Source of the DNA: Octopus bimaculoides
Taxonomy: Eukaryota
NCBI RefSeq assembly: GCF_001194135.2
Contig: NC_068986.1
Span: 42,690,213 to 42,754,212, forward strand
Direction: 5' to 3'
DNA: 64,000 bases
A program made the translations under genes and the position numbers. This document shows, piece after piece, positions 26,003-38,495 of this stretch. A model generated the notes under the pieces. That model made no database searches and was not told the origin of the DNA. It saw only the letters and a list, made by a program, of their open reading frames with translations. Numbering within the stretch: position 1 is the first letter of the stretch; every line of letters begins with the position of its first letter.

Positions 26003-28554
26003 TTTCTCTTTAAATCAGTTAACAAAGCATTAACCAGCTACCTGCTAAAACTTTACCACATCTTTCTTAAAAGCAGCAAGCCTATCAAGAAGTTGAAAAA
26101 AAGCATAATATTCTCCATTCACAAGGAAGCAAACAGCACAGATATCTAAAATGTCATGTTTATCTTGACTACAAGGTCAGAGACGAAATTATCAGTGATA
26201 ATCTGATTATGTTCTTTCTATCTAAGTAGAAGCTGCATTGTATAGTTTTTGCTGGATCATAACTGGGTGTTAAACAATCTGCTTTATCAGATAAATGTAG
26301 GGAAGGCTTTTGGCAATGTTGATCAGGAAAGAATATAAATCATGAACAATACTGTTGCTTATGGATTTGTTAGCTTTATCACTGATGACCACAGGAAATT
26401 GTTTCCTACAATATTCATGAAAGATATCTCTTTCACTGGAGTTTATCATCATCATCATTTAATATCCATTTTCCATGCTGGCATGGGTTAGATGATTTGA
26501 CAAGAGCTGACAAGCTGGAGAGCTGCACCAAGCTCCGATTGTCTGTTTTGATGTGATTTCTATAGCTGGATGCCCTTCCTAGGCCAGTCACTTTACTTTG
26601 TGGCTTATAACTGATAAAGACAGGACTACCAATTCTACAGGAAAAAACAGATAGTGATACCAAAAAGAAGCACTATTGACTCCTAAGGTACTGCTGCCTG
26701 ACAAACTGAAAAAGAATCTGGTAAAAAAAAGAAACCATTACACAAGAACAATGCAGAGTTTCCTTTAACATTCCTTAACCAAGCATGTGTGCATATGCTA
26801 TTAGTATAATTGTTTAGTGTACAAGCTTGCATATTTATGTATGTCATTGTTTGAACATATAGACAAATAATCTGTCTTTTCATGCAAGACAATTACTGGT
26901 TTACCGTTAAGAATGTAAGAAAATGGATTCATGATTTTTTTTTTTTTTTTCATCTTTTAAATTGAAACACAACTATAGATCTTCAAATTTTCTTTCTAAT
27001 GTTTTGTGATGCATTTGGCTAACCTTCCTTTGGTTCATTATAGCAAAACCTGCTGCCACTCCATTTGAAGTGAAGGAAATACAAGTGCCTTAGATATAAT
27101 CTCTTTGTACAGGGTTCTCTGATGTTCTTGGGTGGAGAAAGAAAATAAACAAACAGAATTAATGATAATGTTCAATGAGATATAAGCTCATTTGAAGTTC
27201 AGTTCTTGGTTCTATTTCTCAGTCAACAAATGAAACATTTCATCTCACTTTAAGTGATTATACAATATAATACATGTATATTATGTATATAATGGTAAAA
27301 AGTAAACATACGCTGACATGTCTTGATATTGGCAGAGGTTTAACTGTGTGGTAACTAAGTTTGCTTTGCAACCACCTGGTTATAGCCGCAGTGACAGGTA
27401 TGTGGTTATTAAGTTCACTTCATAGCTACATGGTTTCAGGTTCAGTTTCAGTGCATCACATCTTAGGCAAGTGTTTTGTACTAAAACCTAAGGCCAATCA
27501 TTGGAATTCATTCACATAAACTGTACCAAAGCCCATAGTGTGTGTGTGTGTGTGTGTGTATGATCATCAACATCATCATTGTTTTAACATCTATTTTTCC
27601 ATGCTAGCATAGGTCAAACAGATTTGAGGCAGATTTTCTATGGTCAGATCTCCTTCCTGTCATCATGATACCTCACCTGTTTCCAAGTAAGGTAATATTT
27701 CCTCATCATCAGATATGTTTTCACAAAATATGTGAAATGAATGCTACTGGCTGTATGACAGTTACAAACAATTTATAGCTATAGTAAATACATGTGCTCA
27801 AGGGGCCACACAGTAGGACTGAACCTACACAGCTCTGTGTGTGTGTTTTCATTCTCCAGTAAAAAAAATATTCAGCTGACATGTGAGGGCCATTGGAATG
27901 AAAATAACCTTACTTGGAAAACAAGTGGTGGTTGGTAATAGGAGGATCGTCTGGCCACAGAAAATTTGCCTCAATGAGTTTCAAGGAACCCAGACCAACA
28001 TGGAAACGTGAACATGAAAATGATTATGATGGTATGATTATGATGTGTAGATGGAGACTGAAAGGAGCCATCGTGTATGTGTGTGTGTGTGAGTCCTTAT
28101 ACTGATAGTATTCTCAAATTGAAACAACATTCTTGTCATATTAGAGGTGGGTGACATTGTTTGCAATTTTCAGTGAAAATATATTTAGAAAAGAGTTCTC
28201 TTGAAAACATTATCTGACCCATGCAAGCATGGCAAAGTAGACATTAGCATGACAACACACAATGATGATGACAATGATAGCATTGACAACGATGATGATG
28301 ATGGTGGTGACATTTATGCAAAGCTGAGTTTGTATGAATCACTATTGCAAATTTCTCATTTCTTTTGGAGACTAACTCTGTTATCTTTTTGAGGCTTTTG
28401 TGGCAGGATAGATAGCTTGAATGACTCTGTTCAAAAGATACTGATCTGGTTATATTGGCAAGAAAAAATATCTTGGCTACACACATTGTTAAAAGTTTTT
28501 ATGTGCTACAAGTAGAAAAAGCAGTGAGAACTTTACTGAAAATATTTAGATTTT

Positions 28555-28915
28555 TTCTTACCTTTGCTTTAGTGAAGGCGGAGGTATTGTTTTCAGTCAT
28601 GTTTGTTTGTTTGTCTGTGGACAAGATATCTCTAGAACCACAGGATGGATTCAGATGAAACTTTCAGGGATGTTTGGGCTCATGACTGGCACAAACTGAT
28701 TAGATTTTGGGATCAATCCGGTATCGGACTAGGATTTTAGATTATTTTTCCCTGTTTTTTTACTTAATTTTTGAGAGTGGTCAGGTTCATTTGTGAAAGC
28801 AGTCGAGTTTATTCCAGATATTTTCATTTTAAAAATCATCTCTGGCTAATCGTTGCAAGGACATTGGTGTTACCTTGACAGAGGTTTGCACTCTCTGAGT
28901 GCTCTTGCCTTATTT
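28555..28915 (+). mobile_element. Non-autonomous Helentron-associated (HINE/DINE-1-like) element
   Basis: 5' hairpin tacctttgcttt-agtg-aaggcggaggta, (gttt)n microsatellite, 3' subterminal accttgacagaggt, 3' stem-loop gcactc-tct-gagtgc, T-rich flanks. Confidence 0.6.
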
Positions 28916-28997
28916 TTTTTGTTTTTGCCTGAAAATTGCACAGGTGTACACAGCATGCAACATGGATAATTATAAGGATAATTATACTATCAGAGTT

Positions 28998-29226
28998 TTT
29001 ACTCTTTAGCATTCGGATTGCTCTATCAAATGTAATGCTTATTTATTTATACTGTTTTGAATTAATCATGCATTATCTCAAAGCATCAAGCCTTCAATGA
29101 TATGATTACTTAGTTTTAGTAAAACAATATGGGATAGGTGTGAGAGGCCTCATCTGGCCAATTTTAACATAAGACTCTTAAAATATATAGGCTGAATTGG
29201 GCCGGTTTGAATGCTAAAGGGTTTAA
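28998..29226 (-). mobile_element. TTAA-flanked MITE family 1 copy (reverse)
   Basis: ttta-ctctttagcatt ... aatgctaaaggg-tttaa; homologous interior. Confidence 0.7.
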
Positions 29227-29603
29227 CTTATAGTAGTTCACATTTAAATCTTGTGTATATTAAATATTTATTTCATGCTAGAGGAGTACTTTTATTGTTG
29301 ATCTCTCCAATAATTGAACAGTACACTGTATATACTTTAACCCCTAATATCAGATTTACAAGGAGTGTGTTCATGAACAGTTAAGAGGCAGTACATAATG
29401 ACTGATGAAAATTCCAGCAAGAATTGAAACATAAATATGCAACTGTTCCTTCTTTTCCTGTCCATGAACCTATAGTATAAACGTTTTGTTGATATTCCTC
29501 ATTGTTTACATCCCTCAAGACATTGATGGATAATAAACCTATCAATACATTCTACAATACATTATACCAATGAGACAAAACATAGTTAACACACCAGTAA
29601 TAT

Positions 29604-29650
<47 letters not shown>

Positions 29651-30473
29651 GAGTTTGTATACATATATATACTTACTTGTACACAGCTTTCATCACACAG
29701 GTATACATACACACAGCTCAGGCATATATAAACACATGCATCCTATACATATAAACATTCATGTTTCACATGTTAATACTTATTCACACAGCACACATAG
29801 GTCGAATTGTCATAATAACATCTATCATTAGTTTTAAGATAGGTGGCAGTATTGCTGATAGAGGTGATATATTGTCTTCAGAAATGTTCTTAATTTACTT
29901 ATCTGTAGTTAAGTGTTATATCTATTGAATTTTATGTATGTATTTTGTATATAAATATATACCAAAATTAGATGGAATGTTCTTTTATATCTAGCTAAGT
30001 ATTAAAATACAAAGTCTCTGAATATAAACAAATTTTGGAAAACTAATCAGGATACATCTGTTTACTAATTCTTCAAGCAAGTTTAATTATTTTTCATGAG
30101 AATTTTAAATGCTAGTAATTTCTATGGCGGTGTAAATTCTATTCATTATATACAAAGATATACAAAATTGTTTGGATAATTTGTGCTACACTAAATATAT
30201 AAATATGCGATGACAGTTATCATCATCATCATCATCCTAATTGTTTTAACATTTGCTTTTTCATGTTTGCATGGTTCAAACAGAATTCACTGAGGCAGAT
30301 TTTCTATGGCTGAATGCCCTTCCCTTGCCTCATTTCAAACAAGGTAATTTTCTCCCATGGCTGGACATGTTTTCGCAGAAGGTTGGAAATGAACAGCATT
30401 TCTTGTATGTTGATGATGCTTGTTTACAACATTTATACAGTGTCAAAACATAGAGGCACGAACACACACATAA

Positions 30474-30509
<36 letters not shown>

Positions 30510-30510
<1 letters not shown>

Positions 30511-30921
30511 GCTGTGCGTGAGAAGACCCGGCAAGCCAAGTAAGATCGTTGCCAGTGCCCCTGGACTGGCTCTTGTGCGGGTGGCACATGAGATGCACCA
30601 TTTTGAGCGTGGCCATTGCCAGTACCGCCTGACTGGCTCCCGTAGGATTTTCGAGTGAGATCGTTGCCAGTGCCCCTGGACTGGCTTGTACGGGTGGCAC
30701 ATAAAAGACACCATTTCGAGCGTGGCCGTTTTCGTGCGGGTGACACATAAAAGCACCCACTACACTCTCTGAGTGGTTGGCGTTAGGAAGGGCATCCAGC
30801 TGTAGAAACTCTGCCAAATTAGATTGGAGCCTGGTGTTGCCATCCGGTTTCACCAGTCCTCAGTCAGATCGTCCAACCCATGCTAGCATGGAAAGCGGAT
30901 GTTAAACGATGATGATGATGA
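30510..30921 (+). mobile_element. (GAT)n-tailed RTE 3' UTR copy with an internal ~70-bp tandem duplication
   Basis: Reverse complement of the 15700-16000 region; duplicated gatcgttgccagtgcccctggactggc unit at about 30545 and 30660. Confidence 0.85.
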
Positions 30922-31351
30922 TAGATTATGGGCTTCTGCCACTCTCCACCTACCAAATACACTTACAAAGCCCTAGTCAGCCCAGGGTTGCAAGTACAAG
31001 ATGCCCACTCAAGGCAAGGCACCCTGTAATGAGACTGACCTTTAAATCAAATGGATTTTTCTGGGGTTTTAGATTGAAGGAGTAATGCTCAGTTTTTATA
31101 GTTAATACCCTCAGTTAGTAAAGGTGAATGAATGACTGTTTGAGACCCCTAGATTATTAATAGACTAGACTTACAGTACGATATTTTGTAAGGGCATACT
31201 GGGAACACTTTTCTTGTTGCACCAACATCTAAAGTACTCGGTAATCTAAGGATGTAGACCAAAGAGGAGTATAGGAGAGCAGTCAGTGGCAACAGTAAGT
31301 CAAGAGCTAATATTGAATGCACAGGAAGCAGTCAAAGTTCACTCAATCAGA

Positions 31352-31769
31352 TTAACCGTTAGCATTGTGGTGACTGTCGACTACATTATTCTCATTGTTT
31401 TGAAATAATAGTGCCTTTATCTTATAGAGGTAAGATTTTGGTGATGTGATTGTTTGTTTGTAAAATGATGTTGTTGGGTAGGTGTGAGAATTTGAACATA
31501 AAACAAGGTAGAATATTTGGGCCAAAAATGGCTGGTTTAACCTGTTAGCTTTTAAACTTGCCGTATCAAGCCAAAATTTTCTACCAGTTTTAATCAGCCA
31601 GATCTGGCTTTTCACACCTACCCTACAATGTAATTTTTTAAATAAACAATCATATCATTGAAATCTCATAACTATGAGATAATGCGCAATCCAAAACAAT
31701 GCGAATGAATAAGAATTACATTTGACAAAGTAATGTGAATGCTAAACGGTTATCTGCTAAAGTGTCTAA
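31352..31769. mobile_element. Nested pair of family 1 MITEs: forward copy 31537-31753 inside a reverse copy (31352-31540 + 31754-31769)
   Basis: The host terminus ctgctaaagtgtctaa resumes after the inserted copy; insertion is at an internal TTAA. Confidence 0.65.
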
Positions 31770-33066
31770 GTAGGTGTGATTTGTCAAGATTTGTGATAGG
31801 GAATTGCCATTGATAGAACTCAAGCTTGGTGATGCTGGTTCTTTAAAACATTGAAGGTTAATGGTCAGATATATTTATTTACTATTCTCATCCACCAGCA
31901 ATAGACTTTGCAGATCCACTTTTCAGAAAGTAATAGGTTTTGTAGATCCACTTGTTGAGTCTAGAGAAAAGTGCTGTCTCCATGGCTTTTGCAGGTCCAC
32001 CAAGACAAGTGAGCTTAATACTGTCATTGTTTCATTTAAATAGTTGCAGGTCTACTCTTGCAGGAAAGACATGCTAAATGTTTGGCAGAGAGATGATGTT
32101 CTAGGAAGGAAAGGCAAAAATAAAAATAAGGCAAACACGGTGCTCTCTAGGGCACAGTGTTTTTCTCCTTTTCTTTCTTTCTTTTCTTTATATGACATCA
32201 TTGGTTATAAACAATGGAAAGGGGATAGTTTTTGACACTACAAAGAAGAAATTTAAAACATGTTTTGTTATATTGTGAGCCATTTCATGGAAAGCTTTGT
32301 TGTAATGAAATCACTACTTTGATCAGTAAGAAAAATTATACCAAATAGTTTTAATCACAGAGTTGGGAAGAAAATGGAGATCAAATCTTTGAACAAACTG
32401 TTACAAAATTTGATGGAAAATAACACCTAATGCTGCAAATAAATATCATTCCTGACAACAACAGTTTGCAAATAAATTATACGGACACATTTAACTCTTA
32501 CAATCTAAAGAAATGCAAAACCTGTACACATCCTTATTTTTCTTTGAAATGATTTAGATTGACCAAGACTAACTTTGATGTATTCTTACTATATTATAAA
32601 CAATTTTGATATTTGTATTTTGAATCGGCATAAACAGGTGAGATGGATTTGTCTTGTTATATTAGCTGCACAGAATTTATTTCAGTATTAAGTCAAGTAT
32701 GTTGATATAACTTTGCGAAAGATACATTCAGACTTAAATGATTTATAGACATCCTACGCTCAGTGACATTAGATCAGTGAAAAACGATGCAATAATTCTA
32801 AAACTTTGAATTTCTAACACAGTATTTACAAAATACACCTAATTACTGAGGTAGATTCATATATTTTTAATTTGAGAGAATAAATTTCTGTAAACACTTA
32901 ATGTACCATACATTCTGAAAATTTTTAAGAGTACTGTAGTAGTTATCTACCTATACAACATCAATGGAAAATTTATTCTTTGCTCAGAATGTATTTTGTA
33001 TTTGTACATTTTGAAGATTTTTTTTCTTTCTCAACTTTTAATTTTTCTCTCTCACTTTTTAAACAG

Positions 33067-33149
33067 GTGGTTTGGTAAATAAATTATTAGAAACAAAAAA
33101 AGAACTAGAAGGCACTATTGCTTCAGAGGAAAAGTCAAAAGTTAAAATT
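33067..33149 (+). CDS. TRAF3IP1: TRAF3IP1 coding exon (G-GLVNKLLETKKELEGTIASEEKSKVKI)
   Basis: Long pyrimidine tract + aaacAG acceptor, GTaagt donor, 83 nt. Matches the conserved GGLVKKILETKK motif of IFT54 proteins. Confidence 0.9.
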
Positions 33150-33829
33150 GTAAGTATGAAAATAAATAAGAATCAATATTTTGCTGATATAATTCTTTCC
33201 TTCCAAAAGATATGAAATTGTTTTATTTATTCAATTATTTAACAATTTAATCTAATTCATTCACGGTCTTTACAGAATTTCTTTAGTTCTACAGAGTAAA
33301 CTGATTGAACATCATTCAAATTGATGTCCTTGTGTAGTTTTATTTACTTTGTTAACATTTTGAAGTGGAATGAGTAGTTTTGTTGCCATGTGTATTTCCT
33401 TGGCCTATATATTATTTTTATTTATTTGTTAATCTTACAACTTGTTTTATCAGATTTTCTTAGATTTATGATAAATAAGATTAGCTTGGTTAAAGTGCAC
33501 TTCAAATTAATATTTGCTATTGAAAGAAGTTCAAAATGTATGTGTTATAAAAGTACAAGGTATAAAAGATAAGGCACAGCTGGGATGTTGGAAAAAAAAG
33601 ATGTTCATTGAGTGAATTTAAAAGGATGAAGATAGAATTGGTAACTTTGACAGAAACAGACATATACACCGCTTGAAAATGGAGCAAAGGCTGTGAAGAA
33701 CTGGTGAGTGAAGGTATTAGGTTGCACAGTTTAGCTAAAGAAAAAGCATGATAATTGCTTCTAAATCACCATGGGGTTTTACAGTCATATAGTAGTAAAG
33801 AATCACATTCTAAAAGAGCTGTATGTGTG

Positions 33830-36630
33830 ATAAACCCTCCGTCACTCCACCCCCCCCTACACACACACTTATCCCTCCTCCCAACCTTCCACTACCCCAC
33901 CACCTCTCCCACATCTGACCCATCAACCCCTCTCCCCATTTCAGTCTCTTGTTACCACTCCTGATCTTCCCCTCTCTGAGGTGGAACGCACTCTTCTCAA
34001 AAGGGGTCTACGCTTCAACCCCCCATCACTCCATCCAGTAACAAATTTCAGGCGCATGCTGATCTTCATAGCTTTGTGCGCTGTGTCAGGCTATATACAT
34101 TATTTCACAACACTCCACCTGCATCTAATGAAGAGGACTACTTCACCAACCTGGGCCACTGACCATCCCACTGGACGCCAGCTCCTGGTCAATTCCATGC
34201 AGTTGATCATTTTGCAGGCATTTGTCAATGCGTTGCAGACTGATTTAACTTTCACAGGTGTCCCCGACATCTAAACATCTCCCCAGCCAATCTCTCAGCT
34301 CTTCGATGTCTCCAATGCCACAAAGGCATTATCATATAACTAGCCGACAAGGTTGGAGCCATTGTGGTGTGGCGTGTGGACCTCTACAAGGCCAAAGCTC
34401 TCCACCAACTTTAAGACACCTCCTTCTACTGCCCTCTGCCCTCCAACCCCACACTTAGCTACCAACTGACAGTATCCTCCAATATCCATGACCTCCTCTC
34501 GTCTCCCTCCCATCACCTCCAACCTCATTGTCCGCACTCCTCACACCCCCCACCTTCTACTTCTTTCCCCAAATCCACAAACCCAACAACCCTGGCTGCC
34601 CCATCATCTCTGCCTGTAACTGACCCATGGAACTTGTCTCTAAATACCTCAACCGTGTCCTTTCCTCCCTAGTGGCTCCCCTCCCCTCATACATCCATGA
34701 CACTAACCATGCTCTTCGTCTTTTCAACTCTTTTTTTTCTCTCCTGGCCCCTCTAAACTTCTCTTCATTCTTTATATCAAGAGTCTATATACAGTGATGC
34801 CATACCACGAAGGACTTCTTGGCCCTCAAACACTACCTACTCCTTCGATCTAACCCCCAACCTGACATGTCCATACTTCTTCATCTGGCCGAACTTGTTC
34901 TCTCCCTCAACTACTTCTCGTTCATGGTTGAGTTTTACCAACAAACCTCGAGAGTGACTATGGGAACAAGAATGGGCTCCAACTTTGTGAACCTGTTTGT
35001 TGGCTATGTTGAGGCCCAAATATTTTCAAGATTCACTGGTCCCACTCCTAAATTATATGGTCACTATATTGATGACTGTATTGGTGTGACCTCACATCCC
35101 ACGAACAACTAGACTCCTTCCTCTCTTTTGTGCAATCTTTCCATCCTGCTCTCGAATTCTCCTGCACCATTTCCAACGCTTCTGTTGCCTTTCTCGACAT
35201 TTCAGTCAACATACACCACTCCATTCTCACCACCTCCATCCACTACAAACACACCGACTCGCACCAAGCTCTCCATCCTCTACTCCCAATTCCTCCATCT
35301 GCACAGGCTCTGCAGTGACAACCATAACTTTGAGACTCAGTTTCAACTCATGGCTCACCACCTCATCTTTCGTGGATATCCCCTCACCAGAGCACATTCC
35401 ATGGACCATGCCCCTGCTCTCTCTCCTTGCACCTATCCTGCCATTACCCATCTCCCATTTCTCCTCACCTACCACCCCTCTACCCTACCTCTCCAACACA
35501 CCATTCTCCGAGCCTTCCGGTAACTCCAGTCCAACCCCCTCCACTTCGCACATCTTCCCCAACCTACCTCTCCGCTCCTTCAAATGAGTTTACAACCTAC
35601 ATGACCTCCTGATCCACAGTTTTTTCCCTAACCTCACTTCCCAACCGGGCTCATTCTCCTGCTCCTGCCCATGCTGCCCCACTTGCCCCTACCTCTCCAA
35701 CACCACCATTCTCACAGGCTCTCATCATCGTCCCTATTATATCACTGACTCTTTCATCTGCACTTCTAGCAATGTTATTTACTGTGTCTCCTGCTCTTTC
35801 TGTCCTTCTCTGTACATCGGTCAAACAGGAGGCCGCTTGGCTTACCGGTTCGCAGACCACCTCCAAGATATTAGACTCGGGAACAACACCCTAGTTTCAT
35901 ATGGGCTCAACTTCCTTCCCTTCTTCATCTGACTCCCCACTCTCTTCATCTCATACCTACTTCCTCTCTTGCCCTGACACCTACTTCCTCTCTTCACCCC
36001 TACCCACCTTCTCCCTTCATCGTTACCCCCTCCTACGACATTGCAACCCACAATCCCAACATGCTATCCCCCTCCCACATCTTCACCCCAAACCCACATG
36101 TCACCCTCACATCCCCACACCCCACCCTTGCATCCCCACCTCAACACCACCACACCTCAACACCATCACACCCCAACACCACCCCATACACTAGCACTGA
36201 CCACTTCCTAGCACCCACACCACATCATTCCACACCACACATCAGACCACATCACACCACCCTGCACACACTAGCACTGACTCCCAGTACCCACACCATC
36301 ATCCAAACACCCACACATTACAGAAGCACACACTTACACACACATCCACACGTCAAGGTCACCAGCCCCTATCCACATGCACACATCCACATGTCAAGGT
36401 CAACAGCCCCTATCCACACTCTCACATACACATGCATGCACACCTTCATTTTGGGATCACCAATACTCTATTCTAACTACTCTTTTCTAACTAGCCAGCT
36501 ACCATGATTGATTACTAGCCCCTGAAGCTTTTTTTCATTTTCTCACTGTTTATTTCCTCATGTTACTTTCTGCTGAAGAGCATAGACTCAAAACATAAAA
36601 GACTTTCTCACCTTCTCGAGCGTTAAACTA
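33830..36630 (+). mobile_element. Penelope-like element (Neptune-like), decayed RT + GIY-YIG endonuclease
   Basis: Frameshifted motifs RGLRFNP, DKVGAIVVW, PKIHKPNNPG.PIIS, SLYT, LAELVLSLNYFSF, MGTRMGS.F.NLFVG, YIDDCIG, FLDISV, YKHTD, GYP. Cys linker CSCPCCPTCP, then SNVIYCVSC..LYIGQTG at about 35765-35830. Confidence 0.9.
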
Positions 36631-37250
36631 ATACATGTATTTTGATGTATATATATATATATATATATATATGTTGTAGATGGTCTAGTATGCGTATATA
36701 CTGTTGTAATTTTATTTTTAATTTTTAATGCAGTGTATATTTTATTTGATTTTAATGTGTTAATTTGAATATAATTAATTATTTACAATATGTATTTTGA
36801 ACCCATTTTTCTATTTAAGGTTTTCTTCAATTTTTTTTTTTTAAATAGGTTGAATCTATATTAAATTCATTTGTTTTGTTCATTGAGCACCCAGGACCGT
36901 TATTTGATACGACCAATGAAACAGATGTGTTTCAAATTTTATATTAGTTTTGATTGCATTGTTATTCCTTTCCCATTTCTAACAAAACTGTCCAATGAAC
37001 GGGAACGTGATACTCCGAGTAACAGTCTTTTGTTATATTTCTGCTGCTTTTAAATAAAATATATATATATATATGTGTATGCATGTATGTATGTATATAT
37101 GTATATTTATGTGTGTGTGTATGTATATATATATGTGTTTGTGTGTATGGATATATATAAAAATCATTGGAAGAATCAGTTTATTAGATGGAGTCCAATT
37201 AATGTCATCAAATAAATGGAACAGGTTTTGATGCTAATATAGATTATGCA

Positions 37251-37377
37251 TTTAATTTAACCAGACAGCTGTTTCTTTGCAAAAGACCATATAATATTGA
37301 AGAATTGGTATTTCATCAAAAGTAATACACATTATTATATGATGTCATTTGGAACTCATCAGTGGTTAATAATTAAA
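37251..37377 (-). ncRNA. Type I hammerhead ribozyme motif with long stem II
   Basis: Minus strand: ttaacca CUGAUGA [stem II ~80 nt] GAAAC-agcu-GUC ugguuaa. Core intact, 7-bp stem I, palindromic ACAGCUGU helix III; the 10.1-11.1 pair is mismatched. Confidence 0.7.
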
Positions 37378-37545
37378 TATTTTAATGTTTAAAGCTTGTT
37401 CCTTTAGTTTTCTTCTTTGCGATCATTATATTGATTTTGTTTTCTAATTAATTCCTTTCACTTGCCAAATAAAATTCTAAATTCATATATATACATATAT
37501 CTATATATGTATATGCATATATATATATATATGTAAGTATATGTA

Positions 37546-37582
<37 letters not shown>

Positions 37583-37754
37583 NNNNNNNNNNNNNNNNNN
37601 NNNNNNNNNNNNNNNNNNNNNNNNNNNNNNNNNNNNNNNNNNNNNNNNNNNNNNNNNNNNNNNNNNNNNNNNNNNNNNNNNNNNNNNNNNNNNNNNNNNN
37701 NNNNNNNNNNNNNNNNNNNNNNNNNNNNNNNNNNNNNNNNNNNNNNNNNNNNNN
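37583..37754. other. Assembly gap (172 N) within a (TA)n tract
   Basis: N run. Confidence 1.
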
Positions 37755-37803
<49 letters not shown>

Positions 37804-37805
37804 TA

Positions 37806-38470
37806 CAGAGTGTGATGGGTAAATTGTTGTCATATCATATTTTTTGCTTCATGCATGCACATAATTTGTTTTTCATTTTGTCGACTACATAGTATAGTAG
37901 GGTCAGTTGCACACCAACTGTGAGAAAAACAGCACCATGATGCAATTCATTCTGCAAGAAATTTTTAAATGACATGCTGTACTGCTTGGCATTTGTGCCA
38001 GAAGCTCCAATACAATAAGATAGTAAACACACAGAACAACCGTTGGCTTGCTGTGTCCCAAAAACATGTACCAGTCAACATCATGGTGCTTGGGGTGACC
38101 ACTAGTGATGGTGACATTATGCCTTCCGACACGGCCTCAGACTCAGCATGAACGCCTACATCAAGTGCCTTGACACAGTAGTGCGCTGCCCTGGATCAAG
38201 AGGGTAGCTGCTAGAAGCCCCTATGTCTGGCAACTGGACTCTGCACCATGCCAACATAACCAGGAGAACCCAGTCATAGCTGTCAGACAATTTCTGCAAC
38301 ATCACCCCTAACATCTGGCCACCTGACTCCCCAGACTACAACCCTCTTGATTATTATGTGTGGGGCGCATCTGAGCGAGAGATAAATTTTGATAAATATG
38401 TCTAAAATGAGATGTCAATGTTATTTTCATTTTTGTGTAATTTAGATGAAAATATATTCACCGCACCCTG
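37806..38470 (+). mobile_element. Internally deleted Tc1/mariner-superfamily DNA transposon (maT/DD37D-like)
   Basis: TA-flanked imperfect TIRs (TA-cagagtgtgatgggtaaatt ... aatatattcaccgcaccctg-TA). Transposase remnant IMVLGV..SDG, VW..DSAPC, WPP.SPD.NPLDYYVWG; D2-D3 spacing about 36-37 aa across a frameshift. Confidence 0.8.
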
Positions 38471-38495
38471 TATGTGTATGTGTGTAGATATATAT

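Noticed and set aside
26382-26410. CUGAUGA-ccacag-GAAA hammerhead-like match
   Set aside because: No stem I or stem II complementarity.
29402-29440. CUGAUGA..aattc/gaatt..GAAAC match
   Set aside because: No properly placed cleavage triplet or stem I.
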